Positions 11,094-23,843 of a stretch of 64,000 nucleotides of DNA are shown one piece after another (position 1 is the first letter of the stretch; the number at the start of each line of letters is the position of its first letter). The DNA comes from Rhina ancylostomus (lineage: Eukaryota): contig JARFYF010000002.1 in assembly GCA_030265395.1 (NCBI GenBank), forward strand, positions 45,576,293-45,640,292. Direction: 5' to 3'. A model generated the notes under the pieces. The model did no database searches. It worked only from the letters and a program-made list of their open reading frames with translations, and had not been told where the DNA came from. The position numbers were made by a program, and so were the translations under genes.

Positions 11094-14000
11094 TAACCAT
11101 GGTTCTGACATATAGTCACCATAGGTTGAACATGTTCCCATTAGTTTTGAAGAGTTCTGAACTATACAGTTGCTTGCCTAATTCACATTAGTTCTGTCTC
11201 TTGCAGAGGGTGCCACATTGAAATGGATTTCTAATTACTGCATGTTCTGGTGTGCAATACAAGGTAAATCAAGAAGCAAGCGCAAGGACAAAAGTGATTA
11301 ATACCATTTATTTACTGCCGTCTGCCAAATACTTGCTGTTTTATTTGTTTCATGCATTGCTTATTTTTGGCTGCCTAGAACAAAGGACTCTTTTTTAAAA
11401 GAGCTTGAACATACATGACACACAGTCTTCTGTAAATGCCTATGATTCTATAGCCTCAGTCTTTTCAAGGTTTAATGCTTGGATAAACTATGAATGATTG
11501 ACAGTTTCCTCAGATTTGCTGCCAATGACAAGAGAACATTCTTCTGTTACTCAGTAATGTCTTTATTTTTGTGGTTTCTTAGCTGACATTATGGAAGTGA
11601 AGTTCCTTGAGATTTTTTCTATTTTGGCACTGAAATCCTGTTGACACACAAAAGCAACTGATTTCTAACAATTGTTTTTGTTGTTATGAGCAAATTTTTG
11701 ATCTATACAGTATACAACTTTCATAGTGATAGTGCATCATTTCTGACCACTATGATTTTATCTTTGGACACACAACATCAGTTATTCATTTTTTTCTGAT
11801 AAACTAGATGATGATTTCTTCATATCTTATAACATATACTGTTCACATGAACAGTGACAGTGTATCACAATTTATGGCTCCACATTGTCTGAATTTTTGT
11901 AAAATAAGAACAGATTCAATTTATATGATACTTCAAACATACTTGCCAGAAATGCCTCACCTCACTACCCAAAGTATTTTGGTTCACAATTACTATAATA
12001 TATGCAATCATGGCAAGTATTTTGCACATAGGAAAACTATAAGTGCAGAAAGATTAAGGGTCTATCTGCATTTGGTTGAAGAACAAATTTTTTTTTGTAC
12101 TTGCCCTACCTAATTAGTGTAATGAGAATTTTAATAAACTACCAATGTAAGAAGATGGAGTCCACTGTTAGACATCGCCACCAATAATAAGATAATGGTT
12201 CCTCAGTAATGCGATAGAGTATCATATGCTTAAATCCTGAAAAGGACCAAGAACCCAAAGGTCTCACCCAGACTGAAGGTGCTGGTCCTAATACAGGTTG
12301 CCTCAAGTATTTTGAAAATTTGTATTTGTATTATATACAAATATAGTGCTAACTCCATCATTAATAACTGTGCACACCAGGTGGTCTGTCTTTTGATGCA
12401 TTGTTGTTTTTGACACTGTTGTTAGTTAAGTGTTTTGCCATGAGTAAAGAATGTTTGGTCAAAAACTCTTTCCTTATTACTTACCTCTTTAAACAGCAAT
12501 ACAAATCACATATTAAGACTATAATGGCAACAAGGATGGGATGTCATTATAGAAGAAGCAAGGCAGTTACCAATTTTGAGGTAAACGAGAACAAAAAAAT
12601 CAGCCACCCCCAATTAAATTCATTGCTGCAAAGCCCCACTCCTGCCTATAGACTGTTGCAAAGTTTTGAGCAGTGAGCCTATGATCCCCCACACCTGCAC
12701 CATTCCAGTACATCCTAATGGATGGATTGGAATTATTAGGCAGTTAACTGTCAGATTATATTTTTCTGTCTGATATGCCAATGGCTGTTTGTACATCCAG
12801 AATGAAGTCCTTCCAACGATAGGTAAAATAATTTTACAATTCTGAGTAATCTAGTTTGACAGTAAGAATCTCTTCACTCCCACAATGCTGCAATGAGCCA
12901 GAATTATATATTTTACAGTGCGTCTAAATGACGCATTTCTGTCATAAGTAATTTTCCAGTTGCTGAAAGGTTTTCTTCTATGTATCGCCCCTTTGAAATT
13001 TTGTGTCTCTATTCGTTTTTAAAATAGCTCTTTAATGAGAGTGAGATTGCAGATGAAAATTCAAACTGCATATCAGCTCTAATTGGCCTATCTCAATAGC
13101 ACACTGTAGTGTTCTAACATTCTGGATTGCGCATTTCCTTTGGTTAAGCGACATACTATCTTTTCTAAATACTGAATCATGAAAGCCAAGCTTCCTTTTA
13201 TCAAGTCTCTATCAAATGTTGGTAGAAATTGTCTTCAGTTATTTTCATTAAATGTGCAACATGGTAGTGACTGCACATTGTATCCATCTTTTGAAATTCT
13301 GCAACCTCATTTGGCTGTATGGTCCATAGTACAGCGAGTCTTACTGTAGTGCAGGAAGTGCCCATGGTTCTCAGCATTTATGTTGACAGAGATTCTGCTA
13401 TGTAAAATTTATATTTTGATTTATACCTCCAACATATTCTTGTTAACTCTGATTCTGAGATGTGAAGAAAAGTTCAAGCTAGAGACTAAAGAATGACCAA
13501 AAAGATTTAAATATTCATTCATATGAAATCACTGAAGGCAAAGAAAGGCTCACATTTCCTTCCCATCTGTTCTGTTATTTATATGATGTAATTTTTATCT
13601 TTACTTTTCTGTTAGATTATTAAACATCTTACAGCATTCTGAAGTATTCTTTGAAATTATGGAAATGTCATGGAAACCCATAGAAACCTCCAACTGCACA
13701 ATCTGTGCAACACCCTATGGTAATCCCAGATCCTCCAGATAGTTTCAGATATTCCAGATGTTTCAACAACTTTTGGGAAATTGTATAGTAGAACTCACAA
13801 TCATCTGAAAATATTAGCACCTCACCTTTTCCCCCTTAAGCTAAATTTGATTTAGTCCCTCTTCTAGAATCTACTCAGCTCTTTAACCAGAGATTACACC
13901 CTTGTTCAGACCCCTTACCAAATACATAGGCTTTTATGGTTATTTGGATCTCCAATGACGGGACATCAGGATAGACCTGCTAGAGTTCTTTAAGTTAGCC

Positions 14001-15607
14001 AACACTGAAATTTCTGACTGGATTGACCATTTTGGGAGGCATACTTATCTCCACACTTACACTGATGAAGCAGGATCCCAGTCTGCAAACTATTGATAAC
14101 ATTTGAATGTAACACATTGCTTCATGGGTACTTATATTGTCCACGCCAGGAAAGAGTGCAGCTGGCATTAAGACAGATAGCCTTAATTTGGCAGCAATCT
14201 TACTATGACTTATTGCAGACCGCAAAAAGGATATAATTACACTGAAAGACGGTTCAACTTCAGTGATTTATCTTAATCTCTCTCCTTTATTCATTATGAT
14301 AGATTGTTGATAAAGTCTGGGTATAAAAGATGCATGACCAATAGATGTACTACACAAGAAATGATGAACATCATTCCATGTTTCCATAACAACCAATCTT
14401 GTTCTTTATCACAAGACAATCAAGTTTATTAAAAAGCCCAATGAACTTGACAATGTCTTTATGTAAAGTAGCTACTCTCATTATGACGAATAGGCCTCCT
14501 ATCTGCTCTTTGCTGCAACACATGCTGATTTCATCTTGATTTATTAATGTAAGATATCACAAGTGCTATTAATTATTATTCACTTTTGTAGCAAATGATA
14601 AAACCAAGATGCAGAATTTTTCATAATGACTTACTCCTTGAATCAGTCTGTAATGATAACAATGTCCTTTGAGTCAACAATACCATTTTGGCAATTAGCA
14701 TAAAACCTTTGGTTTTAGCCATAGGCAATTAACCTTCAGAACATTAGTCAGTCACAGTCTGTTCCAAAGCATATTTTTCATGTCCCTTTTATTTTCTCCA
14801 GCAACATCTCTGGGTACCAGCCACTCTCCTGCACTCATCAATGCAGGGCACTTTTCCATGACCTCCATAAAAGTCAATGTCAATTGCACACCACCACAGA
14901 CAAGTCAAAGAAACCATGTCTTTCAAATGACCATTGGANNNNNNNNNNNNNNNNNNNNNNNNNNNNNNNNNNNNNNNNNNNNNNNNNNNNNNNNNNNNNN
15001 NNNNNNNNNNNNNNNNNNNNNNNNNNNNNNNNNNNNNNNNNNNNNNNNNNNNNNNNNNNNNNNNNNNNNNNNNNNNNNNNNNNNNNNNNNNNNNNNNNNN
15101 NNNNNNTGTCAATCTTGTTGGCTGAGAGAGTCCTGAGCATAAGCCTATGTGATGCATGGACCTCAAACTATGTGATCAAATCACCCGTGTGGGCCAGAAC
15201 AAGCCCAGCACACAAAACTCCCCTGGAAACCTTTGAAAGAAGATAAATTCTGGCCTCCAGCTTTGCTCTTTGTCAAAGCTGTCAAATTACTTTTTCAATG
15301 CATATGAATGTCTCTCCCATTCAGATGCATTGAAAAACTATTAAAGAAGAAATAAAGAATTTTAAAAGCTGAAAAATTAACATTTTCAGAAATAAAATAA
15401 CCTAAAACTTTTCTGAACAACCTAAGTATATAAAGCAATCAGAACTAATTAAAACAAAGTGTTATTTACTTTATACTTACCTTTTCTTCTTGCACCCACA
15501 CAACTACTATTTAGAGTTTAGCTAGAATCCAAGAGCAGGTTTAAATGGTGAGGAATCTCTGCAAGTTCCTACACCATTGTTAGACTCCATCACAGTAATG
15601 GAATGGA

Positions 15608-15796
15608 GACACAAGAGACTGCAGATGTTGGAATCTGGACCAACAAACAATCTGCTGGAGGACTCAGCGGGTCGAGCGGCATCTGTCAGAGGAAAGGAAT
15701 TGTCAACATTTCAGGTCACAACCTTGCATTAGGACTGAGAGTGGAGAGGTGAGATGGCCAGCAGGTGCGACCTGAAACATCGACAATTTCTTTCCT
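15608..15796 (-). repeat. Penelope-derived short repeat with internal inverted segment
   Basis: acacaagagactgcagatgttggaatct..ctggaggactcagcgggtc. The segment aggaaaggaattgtcaacatttcaggtc recurs inverted as gacctgaaacatcgacaatttctttcct. Confidence 0.65.
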
Positions 15797-16589
15797 GAAA
15801 TTCCTGGGCCTGAAATTTACAGTTGAAACATTACAACTAACTGTATCTATTTTCCATTGTTTGCAAACATTGGTGAGAATAAACTAGTAAGAAACAAAAT
15901 CATGCCAATTTTTTTGCAAAATTCAAAAGACCATGAACAAAATACACACAGAAACAGCACATGCCTTAGCCATGAAAATCTTAAGGCCTGCTCCATCACT
16001 GAGGAAGCAGATTTACTTCATGTTTCACTGTGGTATATGGTATCAGTGGATGCCACCTTCTTTACCTGGAAACAATGAACACATCTGCATCCTTATTGGA
16101 AAGTTTTGGTTGCCTACTCAGTTGAGGCCTTGTGTAAAGCAGCAGTGGCCATCCTAGAAGATGTTATGTTGCCTTCCCAATTGATTTTCCATAGCAGGAG
16201 AGTTATGACCCAGGCCTACATCCTTCAGGTAGCTCCACTAGTCAAAACATTAATATATCAGGACCATTTTCATATACAAGACAAAGGAATGGAAGGAACC
16301 GAGTACATTCAAAAAGTAGTCATTCTACTCCTTTGCCACTGCTCCCTCAACAGAGAATGGAGACTCTGTCACAATCCCCAGTGTCAACCTACAGTCTGGG
16401 CCAGGACCCAGCATTTGCAATTCCTGTCCAATTTCCTGCCTGTATTAATTAATAATAGAGCCCAAATGGGTTTCCAGTTGACTTCCCCTGCTGCCCTTTA
16501 AATTGTGGGCTCTATTGTTAATTAATATGGAATAAAGTATGTTTATTTTCCTTTCTTTCCCCTTACAACCCAAGTAGTCAATGCTGGCT

Positions 16590-16868
16590 CAAAGCAATTG
16601 CCTTCTCCAGTTTATTTCCCCATGATCTGTTCTCTCCCACATGTGCATAAACAGCACCATAATTTTTCAACCAGCCACCTACAGTAGGGGTAATTTAGTG
16701 CAGCCATTCAACCAAGCAACCAGTATGTCTTTAGGATGGGGGAGGAACCTGGACCACCTGGGAAAACCCATGCAGTCACAGGAGGAATCTGTAAGCTCCA
16801 CACAGACAACAATGCAGGTTGCTGGAGCTGTAAGGGGCTACGTCACCTGCAGCACCACTTTGCTGCCC
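16590..16868 (-). mobile_element. Degenerate V-SINE, reverse orientation
   Basis: atgtctttaggatgggggaggaacctggaccacctgggaaaacccatgcagtcacagg..gctccacacagaca is the reverse complement of the V-SINE body. Confidence 0.65.
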
Positions 16869-18129
16869 TTAAAATAAATCCCTGATTAATACAAGTCAAG
16901 TTCAATGATACACATATCCCATGAAGTCAGCTTTACCAAGTTTAAAGGGGATGTTAATTGCTATGCAGTTGTGGCTCAGGACCTTACTTCCTTGTGTTTT
17001 GATATTCTAAGTATTTTTAATCTATCTGTTCACACCTCAGCTGGAAAAAATATGCAGCGTAACTCATTTATAAATCCCCATCAAAAGTCCTGAATATTAT
17101 ATGTTACATTAAAACTCAGTATTCTTCAGATACAATACAAGTATGCTGTATATTGAGGCAACATAAATAACTCCAGTACTTCAAATTTAATAAATAGGGT
17201 GGGGTATTTTCTATCTTGTTATCTGTAAGTGCTGATATAGTTTTCAACTCATGTTACGCTATGTTCCCCTCCTTCTTAAGCTTTATGTTTTGAGTCAATT
17301 ATATTCTATCCAGTGAGACACTTAGAAAGTAACAGTTACCAAGCAGCATAAATAATCAAACACAACTGTATCTCAACCGGAGTTAATTGTAGCTATTGAA
17401 AGCCAAGCACATGAAAGCATGCTTCATGAAATATAACAGCTTATTAATAATTTCAAATAACAAACACACCATCAAAATAGGGCTTTAAAACTCAGCCGGG
17501 CAATGATGTTGACACCTAATAATTGCATATTTGTCATAATATGGATGAATATTTGACATGATGACAATTTGAAGGCAGATAATAAATATTGATACTTTGC
17601 CCCTCTTTTTCTGAAAGTGAAGAGTTGAGTTCACTGGCGTCCATCTATCATCCAATGTTTCAACAATGTGGCTGGCCTAAATGAAGGAACTGAACACATA
17701 GTATCGGCAGGATTTTCTTCCTTATATACCCCTCTCACCTTTGAAGTCCCTCAAGGATATTTTTTGACTGCCTCCTTATACTTAGTTGAATGCTGAAATG
17801 GAAACACCTTCAGACCTTGCATCAGCTTACACAGCTACGCCTATTCATCCAGCCAACTAAAATTGGACATGTTTTGGGAAAGATCATTTCATGTCCTGTT
17901 ACTCCGTGAATTCCCACTTTCATCCTCATGCTCCTGCTACTGATAACCCATACATCTAGGGGACACTGGGAATACAAACATGAATCAGGAGAGGAGGAGG
18001 ACATATGGCCCTTGAGCCTGACCCAGACCCACCATTGGCTCATGCATGATCTAATTGAAATTTTCCATTACCTTTCTTACCAAAACTCTATCTACTATTA
18101 TCTTAAAAACATTCAAAATTCTTTCTTTC

Positions 18130-18490
18130 ATCGCCTTCTGAGAGAGTTCTAAAAAACTCATAGTCTGCTGAGAGAAAACAAAGTTGCTTTGTCTCTGTCT
18201 TAAATTGTCAACTTCTTAGTTTTAAACCATGAACCTGGTNNNNNNNNNNNNNNNNNNNNNNNNNNNNNNNNNNNNNNNNNNNNNNNNNNNNNNNNNNNNN
18301 NNNNNNNNNNNNNNNNNNNNNNNNNNNNNNNNNNNNNNNTGAACCTGGTTCTTGATTCTCCCACATGAAGAAACTTTGTCTCTGCATCCACCCTATCATG
18401 GCTCCTCAGGATCGCAACATGTTTCAATCAAGTCCATCCCTCACTCTTCTAAATGCAAGCAGATACAAGCCAAGCCCATCCGTCATCTCT
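18130..18490 (-). mobile_element. CR1-like LINE 3' fragment split by a gap
   Basis: Minus-strand translation HDRVDAETKFLHVGESRTR..GSWFK resembles the CR1 end motif DRVD..LFP..GESRTRGH. Confidence 0.6.
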
Positions 18491-19949
18491 TCTTTTCGCT
18501 CGGGTAGGCAACATGGTTAGGAAGGTCAGTTGGGCCAAAGGGCCTGTTTCCATGCTGTATAACTCTATGACAACTTGTCTAATCCATGTCCAGTAAAGCT
18601 TGTCTGAGCTCATTTTATATCTTCAGCAATTTAAATTTTCAATGAAGGAAGTTTTTCATGCAATAGTTTACAGAGCCTGGCAACATCCTTCTGTTGCTTT
18701 CTTTCTTTTGCAACATTTCTCACCTAAACTTTGTTACAACACGAGGCAGCAGCTGATCACAAGAAACAAGCTGTAAAGAGGTGACTGCATTGCAGGAACT
18801 ATTATTGTTCTCAGACTGAAATTGCATATAGCACATAGGTTATATCTACTCCACTGCCTCCCTGAACAGGATGAAAGGAAAATAGATATTTTGTTATCTC
18901 ATTTGACTGACTGGTAAACCGTTTTCCACATTACAAATACATCTTTCAACGGAAAATAAACAGGTTTTATTATTCCACTGCACTTCCAGCAGGCTTCCCA
19001 CTTTACACAATCAAAAGCTCTGACATCTATAACTTTTCTTGCAACAGTTTTGACTCATCCATTATTACTATCCTCATTGAATAACATGCTCTTTCAATTT
19101 CCCTGGACTTCAGACTTCAAATTTATATGTTTATGTTTAAATCTTTTCATGCTGCAAATTATTTCTGTTACTTCTTCCAACCTGATCTATTTTTCATTCT
19201 ACCATTTTCAGCTGCATGTTTAGACATGTCAACCCATGTTCTAATGTTCAGTCCCTAACTTTGCCGCCTCTCCATGTATTTCTTTAAGCCTCTGGAAACA
19301 TAGCAGTTCAATCAGTCCCTCAGGCCCCCTGTTGTTCTTTGAAAAGGGTGGAATAAATATTGGAACAAGCTTGTTCTCACCCATCTTCCACACATGAGAT
19401 TGCAACTGGGCCAATGGGGATGGAGTGGTGATGATAGAGGTGGTGGTGGGTCTTTTGATATTAACTGAGGACCAGGAAACATGGTTAACTTAACCCTTCT
19501 CACTTCATTTCCAAAGGTCTTACCACATCATGTGACCAGCAGCTTTGACGGGGTAACCATTAAAGAGGGACTTCCCCCCCTTGCAATAGCTCAGATATAA
19601 TCAAGGATAAGTACCTCAATCTAACTCAAGTGTCAAGACAACCAATGTCACTGAAATGCAGGGGTTTTTTTAAGATATAGTTAACAATGCCAAGGTCTCA
19701 CTTATCATTCTCTAACTAAGTCTGAGCTGGTAAAATTCTTGTATGATGGCACTCATGCAATATTGTTGGGAAGTGAATTTCAGGACATTATTTTCAAGGC
19801 ATATCTGATCTTATTTTTCTCAGTGACAGGTGTAATCTTGGGAAGTTGTATATAATTACATCCAGCAGCCATGATATGCTGGTGCATTACCTGGAGTCGT
19901 TGTAAAATAGCATAGAAACAGGTCAGTTCTAGACAAATTTTGATCTTTC

Positions 19950-20162
19950 CATGTTCCCCTCAGATTCTACTGCTCTTTGACATGCTATGGGTAATTTACA
20001 GTGGCCAATGAACCTACCAACCCACGTGTCTTTTTGGATGTGGAAGAAAACTGCTACACCTTTGAGGAAACCTTTGAGGTCATGGAAAGAACATACAAGC
20101 TCCATGCAGACAGTGTCAGCTGGACCTGTGAGGCAGCAGCTCTACCAACGGCACCACTGTAC
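19950..20162 (-). mobile_element. Degenerate V-SINE, reverse orientation
   Basis: aatttacagtggccaatgaacctaccaacccacgtgtctttttggatgtggaagaaaac..caagctccatgcagaca. Confidence 0.6.
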
Positions 20163-22238
20163 CAGAAAGGATAGATAATATCCAGTGGGAAAGATGATCA
20201 GTTTCATTTCTTCAGGATTTTTGAAATTTCTCTCCCTTAAATTCTGCTGTTCTACCCATCCAGACAAGTGCTTGAATTTTCATCATATTTCTGATCAGAA
20301 GTAGTGAACACATTTTCAAGGCTCACAAGGCAAGCAATTCATTCTGACATACTCATTCTCTGCCCTGCCCCTTGTTTATATAGTTAAGGCAGTTCTGTTC
20401 AAATCTGAAATGTTGGTAGTCTGGGCCTTAACAATTCTGGTATCATTACCGCTTAACTGTGAGTGATGAAGGTTTCTCTTCTTCAAGATAGTCATTGTTT
20501 AGAACTGAAGGAGTGTGAGTATTAGCTGCCATTTGCCAGACCATGTCTCGATGATATCCAATTGTTACAGGGTATGTTGTTATTGGAGAAATTGTAAGTG
20601 GTGGTGAACACCTTGGAATTGTTAGAAAACCACTCTTTTGACCTAATTACAGAGAGAAAGTCACAGATGATAGAACAAACCAGAGTAGCCACACAAGAAT
20701 GTTTCCCTAAGAAACTCTTCCAGTAATGTTCTGGGGCTGGAATGATCGGTCCCTTGACAACCACAACATTTTAAATTTTTTTCAGGTATGATTGTAGCTT
20801 CTGGCTAAAGTCAATTCCATTTCAGCTCAGTTATGCTCAGGTCCGTTGGTACTACTCTGCATTTAAGTCAAAGGACAACTAATTCATATCATAGAGCATT
20901 TAGTTCATATTCGCAACTGGATCAAACCTGCACTCAGATCTGAAGCTGAGTATTGTTACATGGGACATCAGGCAAGTGGTTGTCCCTCGATAGTACTTTT
21001 GTTAGCAACACCAATGATTGGCGAAAGGTTTGAGGGCTGTAATTGGATGGTTAGTTTAATCATGTTTTATCATCAGAGCATATCTGGGCAATCTTCCATA
21101 TTGTCAGGCACAGCTGAACTCATACAGCTTGACTAGGGAATCAACCAGGACTAGCATGCAGTTCTTTAATGGTTCACAAAATTGAGTTCACCTTTGATGT
21201 TGTCAAGTGGAGTGAACATTTACTGTTTGCTCTGTGAATTGTCCACCTCATTTTTGTCTAAACTCTTCTGGAGTAATATTAAAAATATAATTCAAGGATA
21301 TTCTTTAAGAATGGGGAAAATTGTGGTTCATGATCAATCCACTCAGGTTATTAAACAGTTGATCTGATGCTTGTTACAGAAATAGCCAATAGAAATAAGG
21401 TGGTTTCTTGAAGTATAGCCCATCAAATAAAGTTAATTTAATAGTGAGTTGGTAAGTTCACAATCCTGCATCAAGTAACAAGAGTCGAACATGAAGCTCC
21501 TTGAAAAAAAATCACCTTCTGTACTTGTACAAGCAATGCAAAATAACAAATTCAAGTAATTCTTTTTTTCAGTCTTATAATGCTAAATTGTATCATCAAT
21601 TGTAGAGCTTATTGATTTAATGAAATTGATCAATATCAGACTTAAGAGCAGGCACTCCACAGAGGAAGAGACATTCCAAAATGCTCTATTGCTCAAATGG
21701 AATTGAATCAGTGTGAATTGCAGAAGTTATTTATCTAAATTGTTTCATGGAAAATATTCNNNNNNNNNNNNNNNATTCAGATATGGATCCTCTACTGTAT
21801 GAGATCCCTTCAACTGTTCAATTGCAAATTGACTATTTGGAAATTGAAAGGCCCTGGAGATATTGAGTAAATTTTGGAATAGTTCAAATCTGAAGATTGA
21901 AAATGCTGTAACTTTTGCATGTAAGAAAATAACAGCATTTGAAATAGTTCTGTAAAAACACAGAATTGAGAGAGCTGAATTATTACTATATATTTCACAT
22001 ATACTTAAGCACAAGATACATAATTTAAACATGTTTAATCATTGAAGATCAGAAAAAAGACAATAATGTCAACAGATCCAGAATCCTACAAACTGATGAA
22101 TACAAGATTGACAGATACACAATACATTGACAGTACAAGCATTGTAGCTTTTATTTTCAAATTGGCAATATTTGATTTGCCTTTCAATCTATTGAAAAAA
22201 CCTTTATTGCACAATATTAAAGATGAGAAATCACTAAC

Positions 22239-22268
22239 CTTTTCTTTTAGATGGAGGATGAGCTTCAC
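22239..22268 (-). CDS. TRDN: Triadin 30-nt micro-exon B (GEAHPPSKRK)
   Basis: Acceptor tcttttttcttcag, donor AAG|gttagt, in frame and phase 1-1. Same G-x-x-x-PP-x-K-x-K pattern as the short mammalian exon. Confidence 0.8.
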
Positions 22269-22400
22269 CTGAAGAAAAAAAGAGATTTTTGTTTTTTTTT
22301 GAAATGACATTTCTGAAAGAAGTCGCCTTTCTACTCATGAGAAGGGGCTCTTGTGGAGTACAATTTAAAAGATAGCAAAGTAAATGGGAATTTTTTAAAA

Positions 22401-22520
22401 CTCCAGATGCTGGAAATCTCAAACAAAAACAGAAAATGCTGATAAAACCTGGCCAATTAAGCAACATCTATGGTAAAAGAATCAGTCAACATTTTGGGTC
22501 TGTGACTCTTCATTAGAATT
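22401..22520 (-). repeat. Penelope-derived short repeat
   Basis: cagatgctggaaatct..aaaaacagaaaatgctg..gtcaacattttgggtctgtgactcttcattag; same family as 15608. Confidence 0.6.
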
Positions 22521-22964
22521 GAAAATGCCAGAAATACTCGTATATATTGACAAACTTTTTGTTCTGGCATATTTAAACCTATTCTATAGCTCCTTTAGTT
22601 CAATTTTTCAAATCTCTATAAATCTCATGCAATTCTAGCCTTTCTCCAGATATGCCAAAACAGGATTTTTACTTGGTCTTAATAAAATCCACAAATTTCT
22701 ACTACTTCTAAACTTAAGTCAAAATATATCAAATTAGTCAAAAATGTACTAGATTTAAGTAATTCCCTAAGTGGTTATCTTCAAGTAATTATTTATCCTG
22801 GAAGATGTGAGTTAACATAAAACTATGGGGAGGAGGAAATCATCATTGCTTAAATTTCAAGAAATAGAAGAACTGATGAATCAGATTTGCAGAAGCATAA
22901 TTCCCAAAGATTTCCAAATGCTTTCTGATAAACTCCATTCAACTTTAAAGCAATTATCCTCAAA

Positions 22965-23100
22965 GAGAAACAAAAAAATGCTGGAAACACTCAGCAGGTC
23001 AGGCTGCACCTGTGGAAAGAGAAATAGTTAACATTTCAGGTTAAAGGCAGGATCTTCATCAGAATCTTTCAGGTTCTGCATCAGAACTGGGGAAGAGAGA
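22965..23100 (-). repeat. Penelope-derived short repeat retaining CTGATGA...GAAA on the minus strand
   Basis: aaatgctggaaacactcagcaggtcaggctgcacctgtggaaagagaaatagttaacatttcagg..tcttcatcag. Confidence 0.6.
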
Positions 23101-23813
23101 AAACAAGTTAGTGTTAAGTTGCAGAAAGTGTAAGAGACAGATGGATAAGACAAAGAGAGTAACAACTGCACCATTCGTCAGATGAGATTAAACATAATTG
23201 TATTCTTTGGATTCTTTAGCAATCAAACCTGACCCACACATTTGCCATTATGTGCTCCTTCCTCTTAGTTGGTAATGGTGAGAAAAGTTGTATCAACATT
23301 AATCTTTTTTTCTACAAAATAGCCAAGTTACCAGTAGAGTGTGATATGAGCTGGCAACTCTTTCAAATAATGTTAATAAACTCAATTCCTTCATCCCAGT
23401 TAGAAATGCACATTCCTTTTGAATTCAGTATAAAAGTGAAAATCAGCCATATATAATTTCATTTTTTCTTGATTAGATAATGTGAAGGTTTTAGGGGCAA
23501 AATCAAATGAGATGATTAACAGAATACATATATGCATGTGAGGATATAGCAAAAGATGGAGGAAGGGTACATACCATGATTTTTCAGAAAAGATCAGAAC
23601 AAGACTTATACTTACGTTACTTCTAATTAATATGCATTCAATAAATTTAAGAAATGAGATCCAAAATGGTACATTAGGTGTAATTCCATCCTAATCCAGT
23701 ATGTCCACATATGGCATTCTTTCAGGAATTAATGACTAATAATTCAAATCATGGGTATTGAGATTAATTTTACCAATAAGACCAGTAAATTTTTCCACAG
23801 TGAGAATACCAAC

Positions 23814-23843
23814 CTTTTTGTTTAGCTGGGGGGTGATGAACTC
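23814..23843 (-). CDS. TRDN: Triadin 30-nt micro-exon A (GVHHPPAKQK)
   Basis: Pyrimidine-rich acceptor ttcctctttttccttcatccattatag, donor AAG|gttggt, in frame and phase 1-1. Resembles the short mammalian exon encoding GEIDEPPLRKK. Confidence 0.7.

Noticed and set aside
15481-15506. Strong donor AAG|gtaagt after a purine-rich stretch
   Set aside because: The nearest AGs give 23 or 26 nt with a poor pyrimidine tract, and a longer in-frame extension hits a stop.
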